The notes under the pieces were generated by a model. The model was not told where the DNA came from. It saw only the letters and a program-made list of their open reading frames with translations, and did not search any database. A stretch of DNA of 64,000 bases from Antedon mediterranea (Eukaryota > Animalia > Echinodermata): positions 29,875,499 to 29,939,498 of the forward strand of contig NC_092676.1 in NCBI RefSeq assembly GCF_964355755.1. Direction: 5' to 3'. Each line of letters opens with the position of its first letter. The first letter of the stretch is position 1. The translations under genes and the position numbers were made by a program. Positions 40,929 through 52,300 of this stretch are shown here, piece after piece.

Positions 40929-43900
40929 TTATGAGTTTGTGGGGAATGCTAAGCTATGAATGTGCTCTAAATTGGTCAGTTGTGAAAACACAACCTCTTT
41001 AGTTTCGATCTTGACCGATACGATGACCTGCGCTACCGAGTCTGCGACCTTCAGGACATAATAGAGGACGCCATTCACTTGATCCATGTTGATTACATTG
41101 CCGCCGTAATAGTGAGAAAAAATTCCTAAAAAGAAAGTAATAAAAAGAGATTCAATCTTGGTTGCCAAGCAACTGTGTTTCCTCGGTGTTAAATTATCTT
41201 TACAATACAATTTCGCAATTTTTGACGTTGAAAACCATCATCTTAATAATCATCTTACCTGCAGGAGCGATATCCATTAATTTAGTTATTTTCCCAGTTT
41301 CTGAATTTATTTCAACTAGACTCCATGCAGACAAATCTTCACTAAATAAGCCTGGTGAAAAGGCTAGCAACTGGCCTATAAAAACAAAATAAGAACGTCA
41401 ATGATTCCTTGTGCCAAGTTTGTTGCATGCATCTTGTATAGAGAGAATATAAAACATATCTTGTAATGCAACAAGGGACTAATGAAAATTAATAATATTT
41501 ACCCGTTTTCTCATAAACTTGAAATCCAGTTAAAGTAAATTGGCTGACATCAAGGTCAACTATTCTATCCAGGTGCCTGTTAAATAACAAAAAAACATGA
41601 TGCTTTACTTATTTCTTTAAAGCGTGGCATACACTATCAAACTTTATGTGACAACAAAATGTGATGTGCCTGCCCATATATGGACATGTAGATGTCATAA
41701 CACTACCTAGTTTGATAATGCTTAAGTCTAATATCACAAGATACAGTACTTATGGACATGTAGATGTCTTAACACTACCTAGTTTGATAATGCTTAAGTC
41801 TAATATCACAAGATACAGTACTTATGGACATGTAGATGTCATAACACTACCTAGTTTGATATGCTTAAGTCTAATATCACAAGATACAGTACTTATGGAC
41901 ATGTAGATGTCATAACACTACCTAGTTTGATAATGCTTAAGTCTAATATCACAAGATACAGTACTTATTTCTCAAGTTTCTTTTTGAGTTAGCAATACAC
42001 AATATATCTCAAACGTCATGAAAGTTACTTATTTTACAAAGAGTCTATCGTATTAAATCAATGTACACATTTACTATTGGTAAAGCATGTGCTTAAAACA
42101 TTTGTGGTGTAAGTCCTTACTTACAGGGTAGTGAAATTGTAGCAGTAAATCTTGGAAGGCATTTTCACTGGTTCGTTCTCATGTAGCATTAGTACATAGT
42201 ACATCTGGTGTGTTAAGTCCGATACTGCCCATTGTAAGTTTAAGTACTCATTCTCAGGTGCTGACTGGTAATCACTGTATACATTACCCATATACGAAAT
42301 ACGTCCAAAGTTTAATGTAAAGTTACCTAAGGAAGAATGTTTTTGTTTATTTCTTGCTTTAATGGAAACAATAATGCATCTAGTTCTGTATTGTTTAAAA
42401 TCATGGAATAGTAAAGTAATTTCACGCATCAAATTACTTTTATTTTCTTAAGCATTGTCTACACTATCAAACTTGATGTGCCCATATTTGGGCACATCAC
42501 ACAAGTTTGATAGTATAGATAGAGCTTTAAAATGTATCTAGAAGGCTTGTTTTTTTAAATTGTTTGTCTGTCAACTCTCCCATCACCGGACATTCTTGTG
42601 CTGGTTTTCCAGAAATATGTTTTTAGAGAGAAAGTTTGGGATCATTTGTTCCCCTAGAAAATTCTGGTTTTAGGAGAGTTTCCTGTTTTTACAGAGTCTA
42701 GTGAGAAAGAAATCATAAAAAAGACAACTCTCCCATCACCAGGCACTCTTGGTTTTCCAGAAATATTTTTTTTTTAGAGAAAGTTTGGTTTCATTTGGTC
42801 CTCTAGAAAACTTATTAGAAGAATTTCCTGTTTTCACAGAGTCTAGTATTGAAAAAGTTTTATAAACAACATGAATTTATAAATGGGTTGCCTCTATTCA
42901 CTTACCAGGGGATGTATCCACTTCTACTTGCTGTAATGTAAGAAAGTCTGTTCTCTTGTATGGTGTCAATGCAACAAACGCTTGTGGCTTTGATGTCTGC
43001 AGCTCGTACTCCCCAGCAATTACCTTAGCATACAAGTCGATCCATAAGATCTTGTTGGCACGATCTTCTAGACCCCCATTTCGATGCTCAAGAAAGAAGG
43101 CATATGGAATCTCTGGTGAATATGCCACGATGCCATCCATAAGATACTTGTAACTCTGAACCCTGGGAAGTTTTTAAATAAATATCTGACAACAGTAATA
43201 CTTAAGCATTGCTTACTCTTTCAATTTAAGTACAGTTACTTACTTCGGTGAAGTTGTTGCATATTGAAGTCCCGATCCAAAACCAAAATAAAATGATTCT
43301 AGTTTCTCGGTCAATCCAGTCATCTGATCAACAGACGCCATTGCACTCCCTTTCTGTGAAAATTTCTGCCATGAAAAACCATATAAAGGCTTGCTGAAAT
43401 TCTGTCCTGATAGACGACGCTTTTCTCTGGACTTCAAATGCAGTTGATGAGCTTCTTTGAGAGGTTTTACGTTTCCTTCTTGTGGGAATTCTACGTTGCT
43501 TGGGTTAGCTTCAGTGGCTTTGGTTATCTTGATGTCAGAACACTGGTAGAAGGGATGTTCACCAGTTTTGTGACTTATGTAACGGAGTCTAAGAACGCAG
43601 TGAGAGCAGTCTATGTTGGGAATCATCTAGAGAACAATTATACATTCATGTTTAAATGGTACACATTTTTGGTGTGATTGATGTATTTAATTTCTTACTA
43701 GTATTAAGAGCTGCACTTACAATTGAAATGGTGTACAAACAAGAAAATGTTACACATTCAAATACCCATCATTCATTTAAATAGTACATTTCTTGGTATG
43801 TTGTACTTAATTGTTTTACTGGTATGTATTTAAGAACTGCACTTACAATTGGAATGGTGTAGTTGCGTTGGTGGTACTGGGCATACTCATTAACATCACC

Positions 43901-44977
43901 TATGATGGCTACTGTGTGGAAGTCATTCATGTCTGTTGCCATTGCATAAGATATATCCATGTATCCTGAAAAAAATGAAAAACAAATTATTGAAAAAATC
44001 TCATTTTTATTATTGATTTAAAAAATTTAATTCAGATATTTAAAAAATTCAAAATACCTGGAAATCCAGTCTCGTAATGATTTAAATTCTGTTGAAATTT
44101 AAAAAAGATTGTACTGCCTCCAACATAAGATACTTTGGGATCTGCTGCTGCTATTCCACCACATGGAGCCGTATGTCGGGTGCATGTCTGGCTACCAGGC
44201 TAAATTTAATAACAAATACATTTTAATAATGATATTTAGTAAATTGTAAATAATATATTTATATTATAATTTATACATACTTACACTGATGAAGGGCTAG
44301 TGTTGCCCAAAAGCTCTGCTAACTTTTCTTGCTGTTTTACTTTATCGTTTTGATTTAGCTTTTCGCTTTTTTTGTATCTCTATTGAGATCCAGCCTTTTG
44401 CCTTTGGATTTATATAATTTATACAGTAAATATAAATTTTATAAGCTACTATCAGATCAATCAAGTGATTTTTAGATTGGATGGATATGGAATTATGGTT
44501 AATATGAATAATAATTACACACACTTTGTTTTTGTTATATAATTTACAATGAACCGATTAATACAGTAAATCCGAAAATTAACATATAGGGCCTTAAAAT
44601 TGTAAAATATTATGCAGATTTTATTTTTTATTTTATTCAGTTTACAACCAACAGCGATGAAACAACCGCCACTAACAGGTTATAATAACAGAATTTAATT
44701 TTTTTTTAAAAAGGTTGAATAAAATGTATTATTATTATTTATACATGTTATAGAATTCATAAGCTAAGCTAATCCTATCCTTGTAAAGGTTTATCATATG
44801 CATAATACAATACGTGAAAACTATAACGCGTGAAGTGTCTTGTGACGGCGGGGTACTTACCGTTGATATATCGAATGTACCTCTTTGCCGTGGGTAGATG
44901 ATACAAACATGGCCTTTGATGATGCCGCTATGCTGTACAACAGCAAACAACACCAATATCAAACTTAACTGTTTCAT
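40929..44977 (-). CDS. Unidentified secreted protein of about 535 aa with an N-terminal signal peptide. The product is not recognised. Nine coding exons.
   Basis: Exons (minus strand): 44861..44977 (MKQLSLILVLFAVVQHSGIIKGHVCIIYPRQRGTFDIST), 44058..44199, 43847..43965, 43244..43626, 42906..43162, 42125..42326, 41503..41576, 41259..41375, 40929..41125 (stop). All are GT..AG and phase-consistent (0,1,0,2,1,2,1,1). Exons coincide with ORF-track frames 44735..44989, 43769..43960, 43240..43626, 42898..43140, 42121..42432 and 40929..41210. The hydrophobic N-terminus fits a signal peptide and the mature part is cysteine-containing. Coordinates of exons 5 and 6 are +/- 2 nt. Confidence 0.55.
41625..41965. 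repeat. Partial MITE left end followed by a roughly 60-bp minisatellite (tatggacatgtagatgtc(a/t)taacactacctagtttgataatgcttaagtctaatatcacaagatacagtact) x about 4.5.
   Basis: Direct reading. The unit contains the MITE-internal motif catatatggacat...cactacc, so the array probably grew out of a MITE interior. Confidence 0.7.
42453..42527. mobile_element. Minimal MITE of the same family (75 bp).
   Basis: gcattgtctacactatcaaacttgatgtgcccatatttgggcacatcacacaagtttgatagtatagatagagc. Confidence 0.7.
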
Positions 44978-45922
44978 ATCTGTCAACACCCAGTCATATA
45001 ATTGAAATGTAATATATTATATGTATTTTCTTGATGTATAAACTACAAAATCAAGTCCTGTTTTGCAGGATTCCTCACCTGTGCACGATTTGGTTATTGC
45101 ACAAAAACAAACACCGTCACATGACAAGATCCAGGTACTGGTTAAAGAGGGCGTTGTTCATGTTTGTCGCCCCCTAAAGTGTTAGTACTTATGGCGCAGT
45201 CTATGCTGCTGCGCTTTCGTTGTACGTGTACACGCTTTCGTTGTACGTGTACACTGTAAAAAGCCTATTAATTGAACACCATACGATAATTTAACAAATT
45301 AATTTACTTTATTGAACGAAAAATGTTTATACAGATTTTTTTAAATATTTTTCAAACTTGATTTGTGCGATTAGCTACAAAACATTAATTATCCATGACA
45401 ATTTTTTTTTCAACAATTTTTTTTTCCTAAACAATACATTTTTTGTGCCAAAAAGTATAATCAAATACTGAAGAAGAAAGAAATAGTTTTTAACTTTAAA
45501 TTTTGTAGCCTTATACTAGGCCTATAGATTTAATATGATTTCTGGCCGTCACGTTTTCATACTTAAGATTCATATCGGTTTAGGAGGCCTAGGTGGTCTG
45601 GCAGGTCCATAAACTGGATTGCTTATTATGTAAATTTGTCTTCCTGCTGCATCTAAAAGAAAACATCGATAACATTGTGTTTGGTTGGTCGGTCGGTCGG
45701 TAAACACTAACTTGAGCACGCGACTGCAGCCATGTATATGGCCTTGTTTTATTTTATTTTAAAAACCCAACCAACAGCCACCCAGAATTCGATATTATAT
45801 GTACTTAACGTGCATATTAAGAATTCTCTTGGATCCCAACGTAGGGTAAAAAATCTGACTAAGTTATTTTAATACTGTTTTTGTAAATGCATTCAAGTTT
45901 TTTTTAAAAGAAGCAATGTTGT

Positions 45923-47731
45923 TTACTCACCAGAAGAATACAGGTCAACTGGTCGGATCCTTCCATCTTTTCCATATTCGAATAGACAGTTTTTGTTTAT
46001 TGCGTAACCTACACCTTTATGTCGATAATCTGGATCCGCCGATGTCAAACCAGTGGTTGGGGGATGGAACGCCTGAGGAGTAGTGCAGTGTGGGCTTAGT
46101 TTGGGACCAATGTGAGAATAATTGATTGGAGAACTTGTTGAACTCTGAGCTGTGGCCGAACTTGAAAGGACAGTTTTTCGTTTCTTTGTGCTTAGATCAT
46201 GGGCAGCTGTTGTGCTTAGATCATGGGCACCTGTCGTGCTTAGATCAAGTGGTTCCTCGTCATTTGATGGTCGTTTTTGTCCGTGCTGCTGTGAGCTGCT
46301 GAAATTGTAATAATGCATTGGATATGGTGTTCTGGTCATTACGGGTATCGGTAGCGGTTGTGTAGTAGGCCTACTTCCGGCGGGCATCATGGGAACATGA
46401 GAGGGATACGACGTGTGGGTGTAAATATTATGTCTGCTTACTGGAAGAGGCGTCTTCGGTTGTCTACAAAACCTTTGTACAATGTGTTGGTTGGCAAAGA
46501 TTGGAGGATACAGTGAAGATTGCGGATGAGGTACGTTTCCAACTACTTGGTTTTTCCGATTTGCCAAAGGTGTCGGCAGGGGAATTATGTCTGGTGTATT
46601 ATAGTGGGAGTACGCAACTGGTTTGTAAATATCTTGTACAGCTTGTGACAGTGCGAAAGGAGATGGTAGATGGCTCACTGGACTACCATTGTTTCCAAAC
46701 TCTTGGCTTAGGCCTACTGGAATTGGTATCTGCTGTATTGGCGAATCATCAACGCTTTGAGGAATTGTGTCGGATGACGTCACTCTGTGGTTGAACTGTA
46801 CTTGGTAAGTATCTTGACTAACGTCTCCAGATTGTCTGTTTATACATTGGTTTACTGGAGTTGTCATTTCTGGGTTGACAGTTTTGCCGCCAACAGCACT
46901 GGACAAAGCGACAGGAAACGGTTTACAGGGAGAGTCCTCGACGATTTGGAGTGGACTCTCTGGGCTGGCCACTCTTTGTGGTGAATGTTGTAATGGCGAC
47001 TCTGCAGTGCGATCTTCTGTATCATTTTGGAAGGACGCGACTGTACATGGTGTCTGTCCTCTCCTTACGGAATAATTACTATCACCACCATCACTCACTG
47101 CAAGATCTCTGTTATTGTATTCCAGTTTCTTTTGGAAAGCCATCAGCTGCTGAGGAAATGAACTATCAACAGTTTCAATAACTTCTCGTAAATATATCTG
47201 ATAGCGTATACGTAATTCAATGGTGTTCTTCTCGGTATTGTCAAAATGTTTACCATCGAAATTCAGAACCCAAAAGTTATCCTTTCCATGTGGTTTATCT
47301 GGCCGACGTAGGATCTTTTTGAAACAATCATTGCAGCTCAAGTTATGCCGAACACTGTTCTTCCAACCGGTGTATTCACCTCGAAGAAAATAGAAAGCGT
47401 TCGACATAAAATCAATGATATCTTTAAAGGTCATCATGATTTTTGGGTTTAAGTCAATTGACAAAATTATCATCTCGATGTATGAAAATGGAGAGTTGAA
47501 ATATCGCATTGTGTCAGACTTTCGCTGTTTTTTGTTTAATGTTAACGGTATGGCCGGTGACATGTATGTATCGGTTGGGTCAGAGGTCATGTCATCCGGT
47601 TCTAGTTTGACATAGACGTTGTCCGAGCTGCTATTCTCACATTTTTCCAATTTAACAGATTGAAGAGGTTGATCGCAGACAGTTGAATCCGGAGAGGTTA
47701 CCGCGCTTAATTCTTTCCTTACGCCAGACAT
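45923..47731 (-). CDS. Forkhead-box transcription factor, FoxN-like (FoxN1/4 or FoxN2/3 type). Apparently intronless, 602 aa.
   Basis: Single ORF 45923..47731. The forkhead domain is NSPFSYIEMIILSIDLNPKIMMTFKDIIDFMSNAFYFLRGEYTGWKNSVRHNLSCNDCFKKILRRPDKPHGKDNFWVLNFD. GWKNSVRHNLS-N-CF is the FoxN-subfamily recognition-helix signature. The remainder is low-complexity and Ser/Pro/Gln-rich, as is typical of transactivation regions. A 21-bp coding repeat gives DLSTTGAHDLSTTAAHDLST near the C-terminus. Confidence 0.8.
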   Translation of the reverse strand: MSGVRKELSAVTSPDSTVCDQPLQSVKLEKCENSSSDNVYVKLEPDDMTSDPTDTYMSPAIPLTLNKKQRKSDTMRYFNSPFSYIEMIILSIDLNPKIMMTFKDIIDFMSNAFYFLRGEYTGWKNSVRHNLSCNDCFKKILRRPDKPHGKDNFWVLNFDGKHFDNTEKNTIELRIRYQIYLREVIETVDSSFPQQLMAFQKKLEYNNRDLAVSDGGDSNYSVRRGQTPCTVASFQNDTEDRTAESPLQHSPQRVASPESPLQIVEDSPCKPFPVALSSAVGGKTVNPEMTTPVNQCINRQSGDVSQDTYQVQFNHRVTSSDTIPQSVDDSPIQQIPIPVGLSQEFGNNGSPVSHLPSPFALSQAVQDIYKPVAYSHYNTPDIIPLPTPLANRKNQVVGNVPHPQSSLYPPIFANQHIVQRFCRQPKTPLPVSRHNIYTHTSYPSHVPMMPAGSRPTTQPLPIPVMTRTPYPMHYYNFSSSQQHGQKRPSNDEEPLDLSTTGAHDLSTTAAHDLSTKKRKTVLSSSATAQSSTSSPINYSHIGPKLSPHCTTPQAFHPPTTGLTSADPDYRHKGVGYAINKNCLFEYGKDGRIRPVDLYSSGE

Positions 47732-47994
47732 GTTTGCTCCACCAATAGATAGTATTGCTTGCTTATTTTATTTTTATCTGAAAATGGTAAGACAGTTATA
47801 AGATCTTATGTTAAAAACAGGTAAGTTAAAAACCATCAGTAGTGCATCAACCGTAACCTCCCCAACCCCTAATATCCACCAACACGGTGCCATATCAGTT
47901 TTATATTACGATATCAAACAAGTGGGGCTCAAAACTACTGTTTTTAACACGTGAACAACAAATTAAAAGAAGCGAGGACAATTGTATAATTATT

Positions 47995-48790
47995 CGCCGT
48001 GGCTAAAGATACGGTACCGTATTCTAACTTCTGTTTACTAAAGGTACGGTAAAATTGCATTACGTCATAGCCAACCAATGGGGTGCTGGTACGTGTGTGA
48101 CGTCATAGTATAAGGACTTTGGATTTTTTTTCATATCGTGTCTCTGTTGTTTTGTGTAGAGAATTCCTATCGGCGGCGCCAGGCTGCGTGGGTGTGTGTG
48201 CGCTGCAGATGAGGGTTTTATTTTTATTCCAAATGGCCTATTTATGCCTATATTTTTTATTAAACTTTGTTTACAATGGTGACCATAAACAACAAGCAAA
48301 TGCAGACAATAAAGGGGCCCTCAAATACTATGATTTTGACAGTAGCCCCAGGCTAACGAGTCACAGAAATCAGCGCACACATGCAGCTGGCCCCAGCCTG
48401 GCATCGCTTTCCCTACACAAACAAACTCATATACTGTAATGAGGTTATAGTAGGCGTAGTAGGCCTAGCCTAGGCCTCTTTTGAAACGGTTTTCTGTATT
48501 CTAGAATTAAAATCAACATGTTTTGGCTTTTCAATAATAATAACAGACGTAGGCTACATTTAGTTTTTGTCACACACGACGGCGATAATAGCGATAAATA
48601 AAGCATAAAGAAAAAATGCGGTTGATCACTGTTTTCGCGATATGAAAAAAATCCACAAAGTCCTTATACGATGACGTCACACACGTCCCAGCACCCCATT
48701 GGCTGGTTATGACGTAATGCAATTTTACCGTACCTTTAGTAAACAGAAGTTAGAATACGGTACCGTATCTTTAGCCACGGCGATAATTAT
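47995..48790. mobile_element. Foldback/TIR element with about 170-bp terminal inverted repeats (47995..48165 vs 48625..48790) around about 460 bp, lying 260 bp upstream of the FoxN-like gene start.
   Basis: ggtaccgtattctaacttctgtttactaaaggtacggtaaaattgcattacgtcatagccaaccaatggggtgctggtacgtgtgtgacgtcatagtataaggactttggattttttt vs its reverse complement at 48640..48790. The TIRs contain CCAAT (gccaaccaatgg) and TGACGTCA (CRE-like palindrome) motifs. Confidence 0.75.
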
Positions 48791-49396
48791 TTTATGCGAC
48801 TATTTTAATGACGGCATCCATACCTGGGCAAAGTACAATTTGTTACTAAAGCAGTGACTTGCAGCTCAATTAATTGTGCGATATATGCCTAATAATTGCA
48901 ACAGTAAAAGCTAGCACTAGATATGGTAACACTTGTGTGTGTATATATATATATATTTGACACAGTACAATATAACAAATTAATTGCTGCTACAAGTAAT
49001 TACCTATTAAGCCTACCTATATACGGAACATCAAACAGATCGGTTTGCTGGCTATCGTAATAATGACTGTTTACGTTTGGTATCAATGGTTTAAAAGCAG
49101 ACGACAGATATGCTGATTTGAATACATGTGATTTAGTCTAGTATGGTATGCTAATTAGCATATTTAGTTTATGTTAACCAACATAATGAAACGTACAGAT
49201 ACCAATCGGGAATTTAAAGTGACGTAGTAATGAATTAAGTTATTTACCGTACTTACTGTTATAATCTTATTTATTTAAATCTAAATTTAGTGTACTTAAG
49301 TCAATGTGAATAATAATATCAAAATTGTAGCATTATATTTGCGTATGCCTATAATTATATTATTAGTAATTAATATTGTAAATATTTTAATTAATT

Positions 49397-52300
49397 CTAA
49401 AGTTCAATATGTCTTTTCATGTCAAAATACTGATTGTTGTTTTCGAATTGAATGCCAACATTCTCGGCAAATTTCTTATCACTGTCACTGAAGTCATCAG
49501 GTCGACCAGCCGCATCGCCGACATAAACAGCGTTTTCTTTGTCGATTGTCTTGAATTGGTTTAAAGTACAGCTATAATAATCCCACATGCCCGTATCAGG
49601 TTTTCTATACTTGTTCTTAGTCGTGGCTGCTAACACGAACATTGGTACATCAAGGTCTGACGTGATCTTTTCCACTTTAGCCATCCACTCATCTTTATCT
49701 TGAGCACCAGATTCGATGCCGTTCTGGTTGCTCATAATCACATTATTAATGTTGTGATAGAGGTTGTCTTGTATGATTGATTTGACATTTGGAGATGTGA
49801 AAACCCAGTCGTGTTCATTTTGAGGATATGGTTTACCACTTTTTGTCTTGATAATAGTGCCATCCAGGTCGAATGAAGCCACCTGTTCATTTGAGTGAAC
49901 TCCTTTTGTTTCATAATACAACAGTCCATCTGAACGTTCAATCCACCATCCTGATTGGTCACTGAGAGGCGGGAATTGTCTAGCAGTTCGGATACCAGAC
50001 ATCTGATAAACATCTTCAACCAAGTACGAAGCTACGCCATACCATTCGTCAGCAGAATTTGAAATCATCGAACCAGTTCTAAAGAAGGCGGAAGAAACAC
50101 CCGACTCTCTGGAGACAACTTTTTTTGTTGAGATGTAGTCGGTTACTGGCAAATTAAGTTCTGGTTCTTTATAGATTAGTTCTCTTGCTGTGTCGTCAAC
50201 GTAATTTAGAATAGAAACAAACTCAGGTTGACAGTTCAAAGTGAATCGGTTAGTTGAGCCAGGTTGCCTGCCGTTATCGCCGTTCCATTTACCGACCTTA
50301 CTCCACAAGTCGTCTGGTGAAGCTTGTTTAAAGGACTGGCACCACACCATGTATACATACGGTGACGGTTCATGTTTAGGTGTAGGTTCATTTGATGGAA
50401 GAGTTGCTTCTTTTCTGTTGAAAGAAGGATAGTCTTGGATACCACAGCCGTCAACAATTAAACCAAGTGTCGATTTAGCTGCACTGTCGGCAATTTCACG
50501 TTCATCGAGGGCTTCACTGCAAATGAGAGAAAGTTTGATTATAATCGCTGATGTACCCTTTCCTGTCGGTAGCCAAATTACTTCAACCGTAGCCTTCATA
50601 CACTTTGTGACAGACAACGCCAGTTCTTTTATAGCATCTTTAGGGGACATTGGTATGTTCTCATTAACCGAGATTGATAATTCATTTCTTACTAGTAAAT
50701 TTACGTGCTTAAGATGTTGGTAAATAAGCATGTGAGTAAGTTTCTCTGACATTGCGTAGAGCGTCGCCGCTGGGTTACCGTCGGTCTGAGTTGCAAATGC
50801 AGACGCGTCACACACCCTCAGGTTGGTAACGCCTCTTACTTGAAGAAACTCGTCTAAACACTCCGGCATTTTGCATGTTCCTACTGGATGCAAGGCTGAA
50901 ACAAGCATACCTCTCATCCAAGCGTTTAGTTCGTCATCGGTGTCTACATCGAGCCCCGGTGCCACCTCATCCAACACCAAATCACGTAAACTTTTATGAA
51001 CATTTTCCCCAAAAAACATGTTTCGAAGTATTCGAATTTGATCTCGAACTAACCGAGATACCTTTTCAAATGCGGGCGTTGTGTCGTCATTGAGAGTGTA
51101 GTTCCAGCCATACTCGAGACTAGGTTTGTCAAAGATGTTTGGTGTAGTAGCATTGAGTGAACCTCGATACTCCGGCCATTGGTCAATTATACGAATCGTA
51201 CCTTCGTTTGAACCATCGTCGTTGTCGTCATTAACCGCCTGTGGAAATTCCCCCTCGTATAGATATTCTGTTTGCTCCGAATGAGAAGAGTCAGAGGTAC
51301 ATAGTGGGCCAACTTCGTCAAAAAGCTTCGAGTTGCCCATCACATACAGTTGTACGTCACTCATTTCCTCTGGTACACGAGTATTATTCGATCTGTAGTG
51401 GATAATCCAAGAAAACGGTCCATTAATGCTATCAAGATCCGCTGTTTTATAGATTTCTCCATCGATATTAATTTCTGGTGCTTGAAAGTCGTTTGAATCG
51501 GATCTTAGTTTAAGGACATATGGTACCGAAATATGATCCCATAGATGTTGGCCTACATGTTCGTTGTCGGCAACCTCTTCCACTCCAATTCTTCTTAGGA
51601 GATCCCTGGGCCCTACACCACTTACTTGCAATAAGTGTGGTGTATCAAACGAACCACCACTCACAATCACCTCTTTACTAGCACGTCGGGTACGGATTTT
51701 GTTCGATACTACGTCCAAGTATGCGACGCCAATTGCTTTACCGTTTTCAAACATAATTTTCGTTACAGTAGCAGATGTGTGGAGGTAGGGTTTATTTTGT
51801 TGATCCTTATAATAACCAGTGTAGCTGCTTCCACGACCAGTCTTCGAGGCCCGATTTTGTCTAGCTTCATCTGTAGGGACTTTGTTGTCCAGACGTAATT
51901 TGTACTGTTGGAAAACACTGCAGCTGACTCTGTTGTTCTCGGGACCATTGTAGTCTGCTGCGTATCCTTTCCATGGTTTTGTTGTATCCTCACACAAGTA
52001 TTGCATTTCAAACGGGAATTTTCTAAATGCTTCTTTGATTTGACTGTTGAGTTGCATTGGACCACCTTTACCATGCCATTGTTCACACATGTCGCCAGTT
52101 ATACCCGTTACTTCTTCTGAATCATAGTGACAGTAATGATCTTCTATCTTCTTGTAGTACTTCGAAAATTGGTCGTGTTTCCAGCCGTCTGGCCATAAGT
52201 TCAAAACCGCTGGACTTGCACGTCTAGCAATAGCGCCATATACGCGGGATGTTCCACCGCGTCCTCGAAATCGAGGGATATAGATGTGTCGGGCGTCTTT

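Noticed and set aside
40929-44977. Assignment of the unidentified secreted protein to the DNase II family, from HKTG..P..CSDI resembling human DNase II WHKTVGILPSNCSDIW, or to selenium-binding protein, from ..LRY....CSDI.I.
   Set aside because: The similarity is a single short patch in the wrong relative position (N-terminal third here, C-terminal in DNase II/SELENBP1). Neither the HTK nor the HSK catalytic motif of DNase II is present. I left the gene unnamed.
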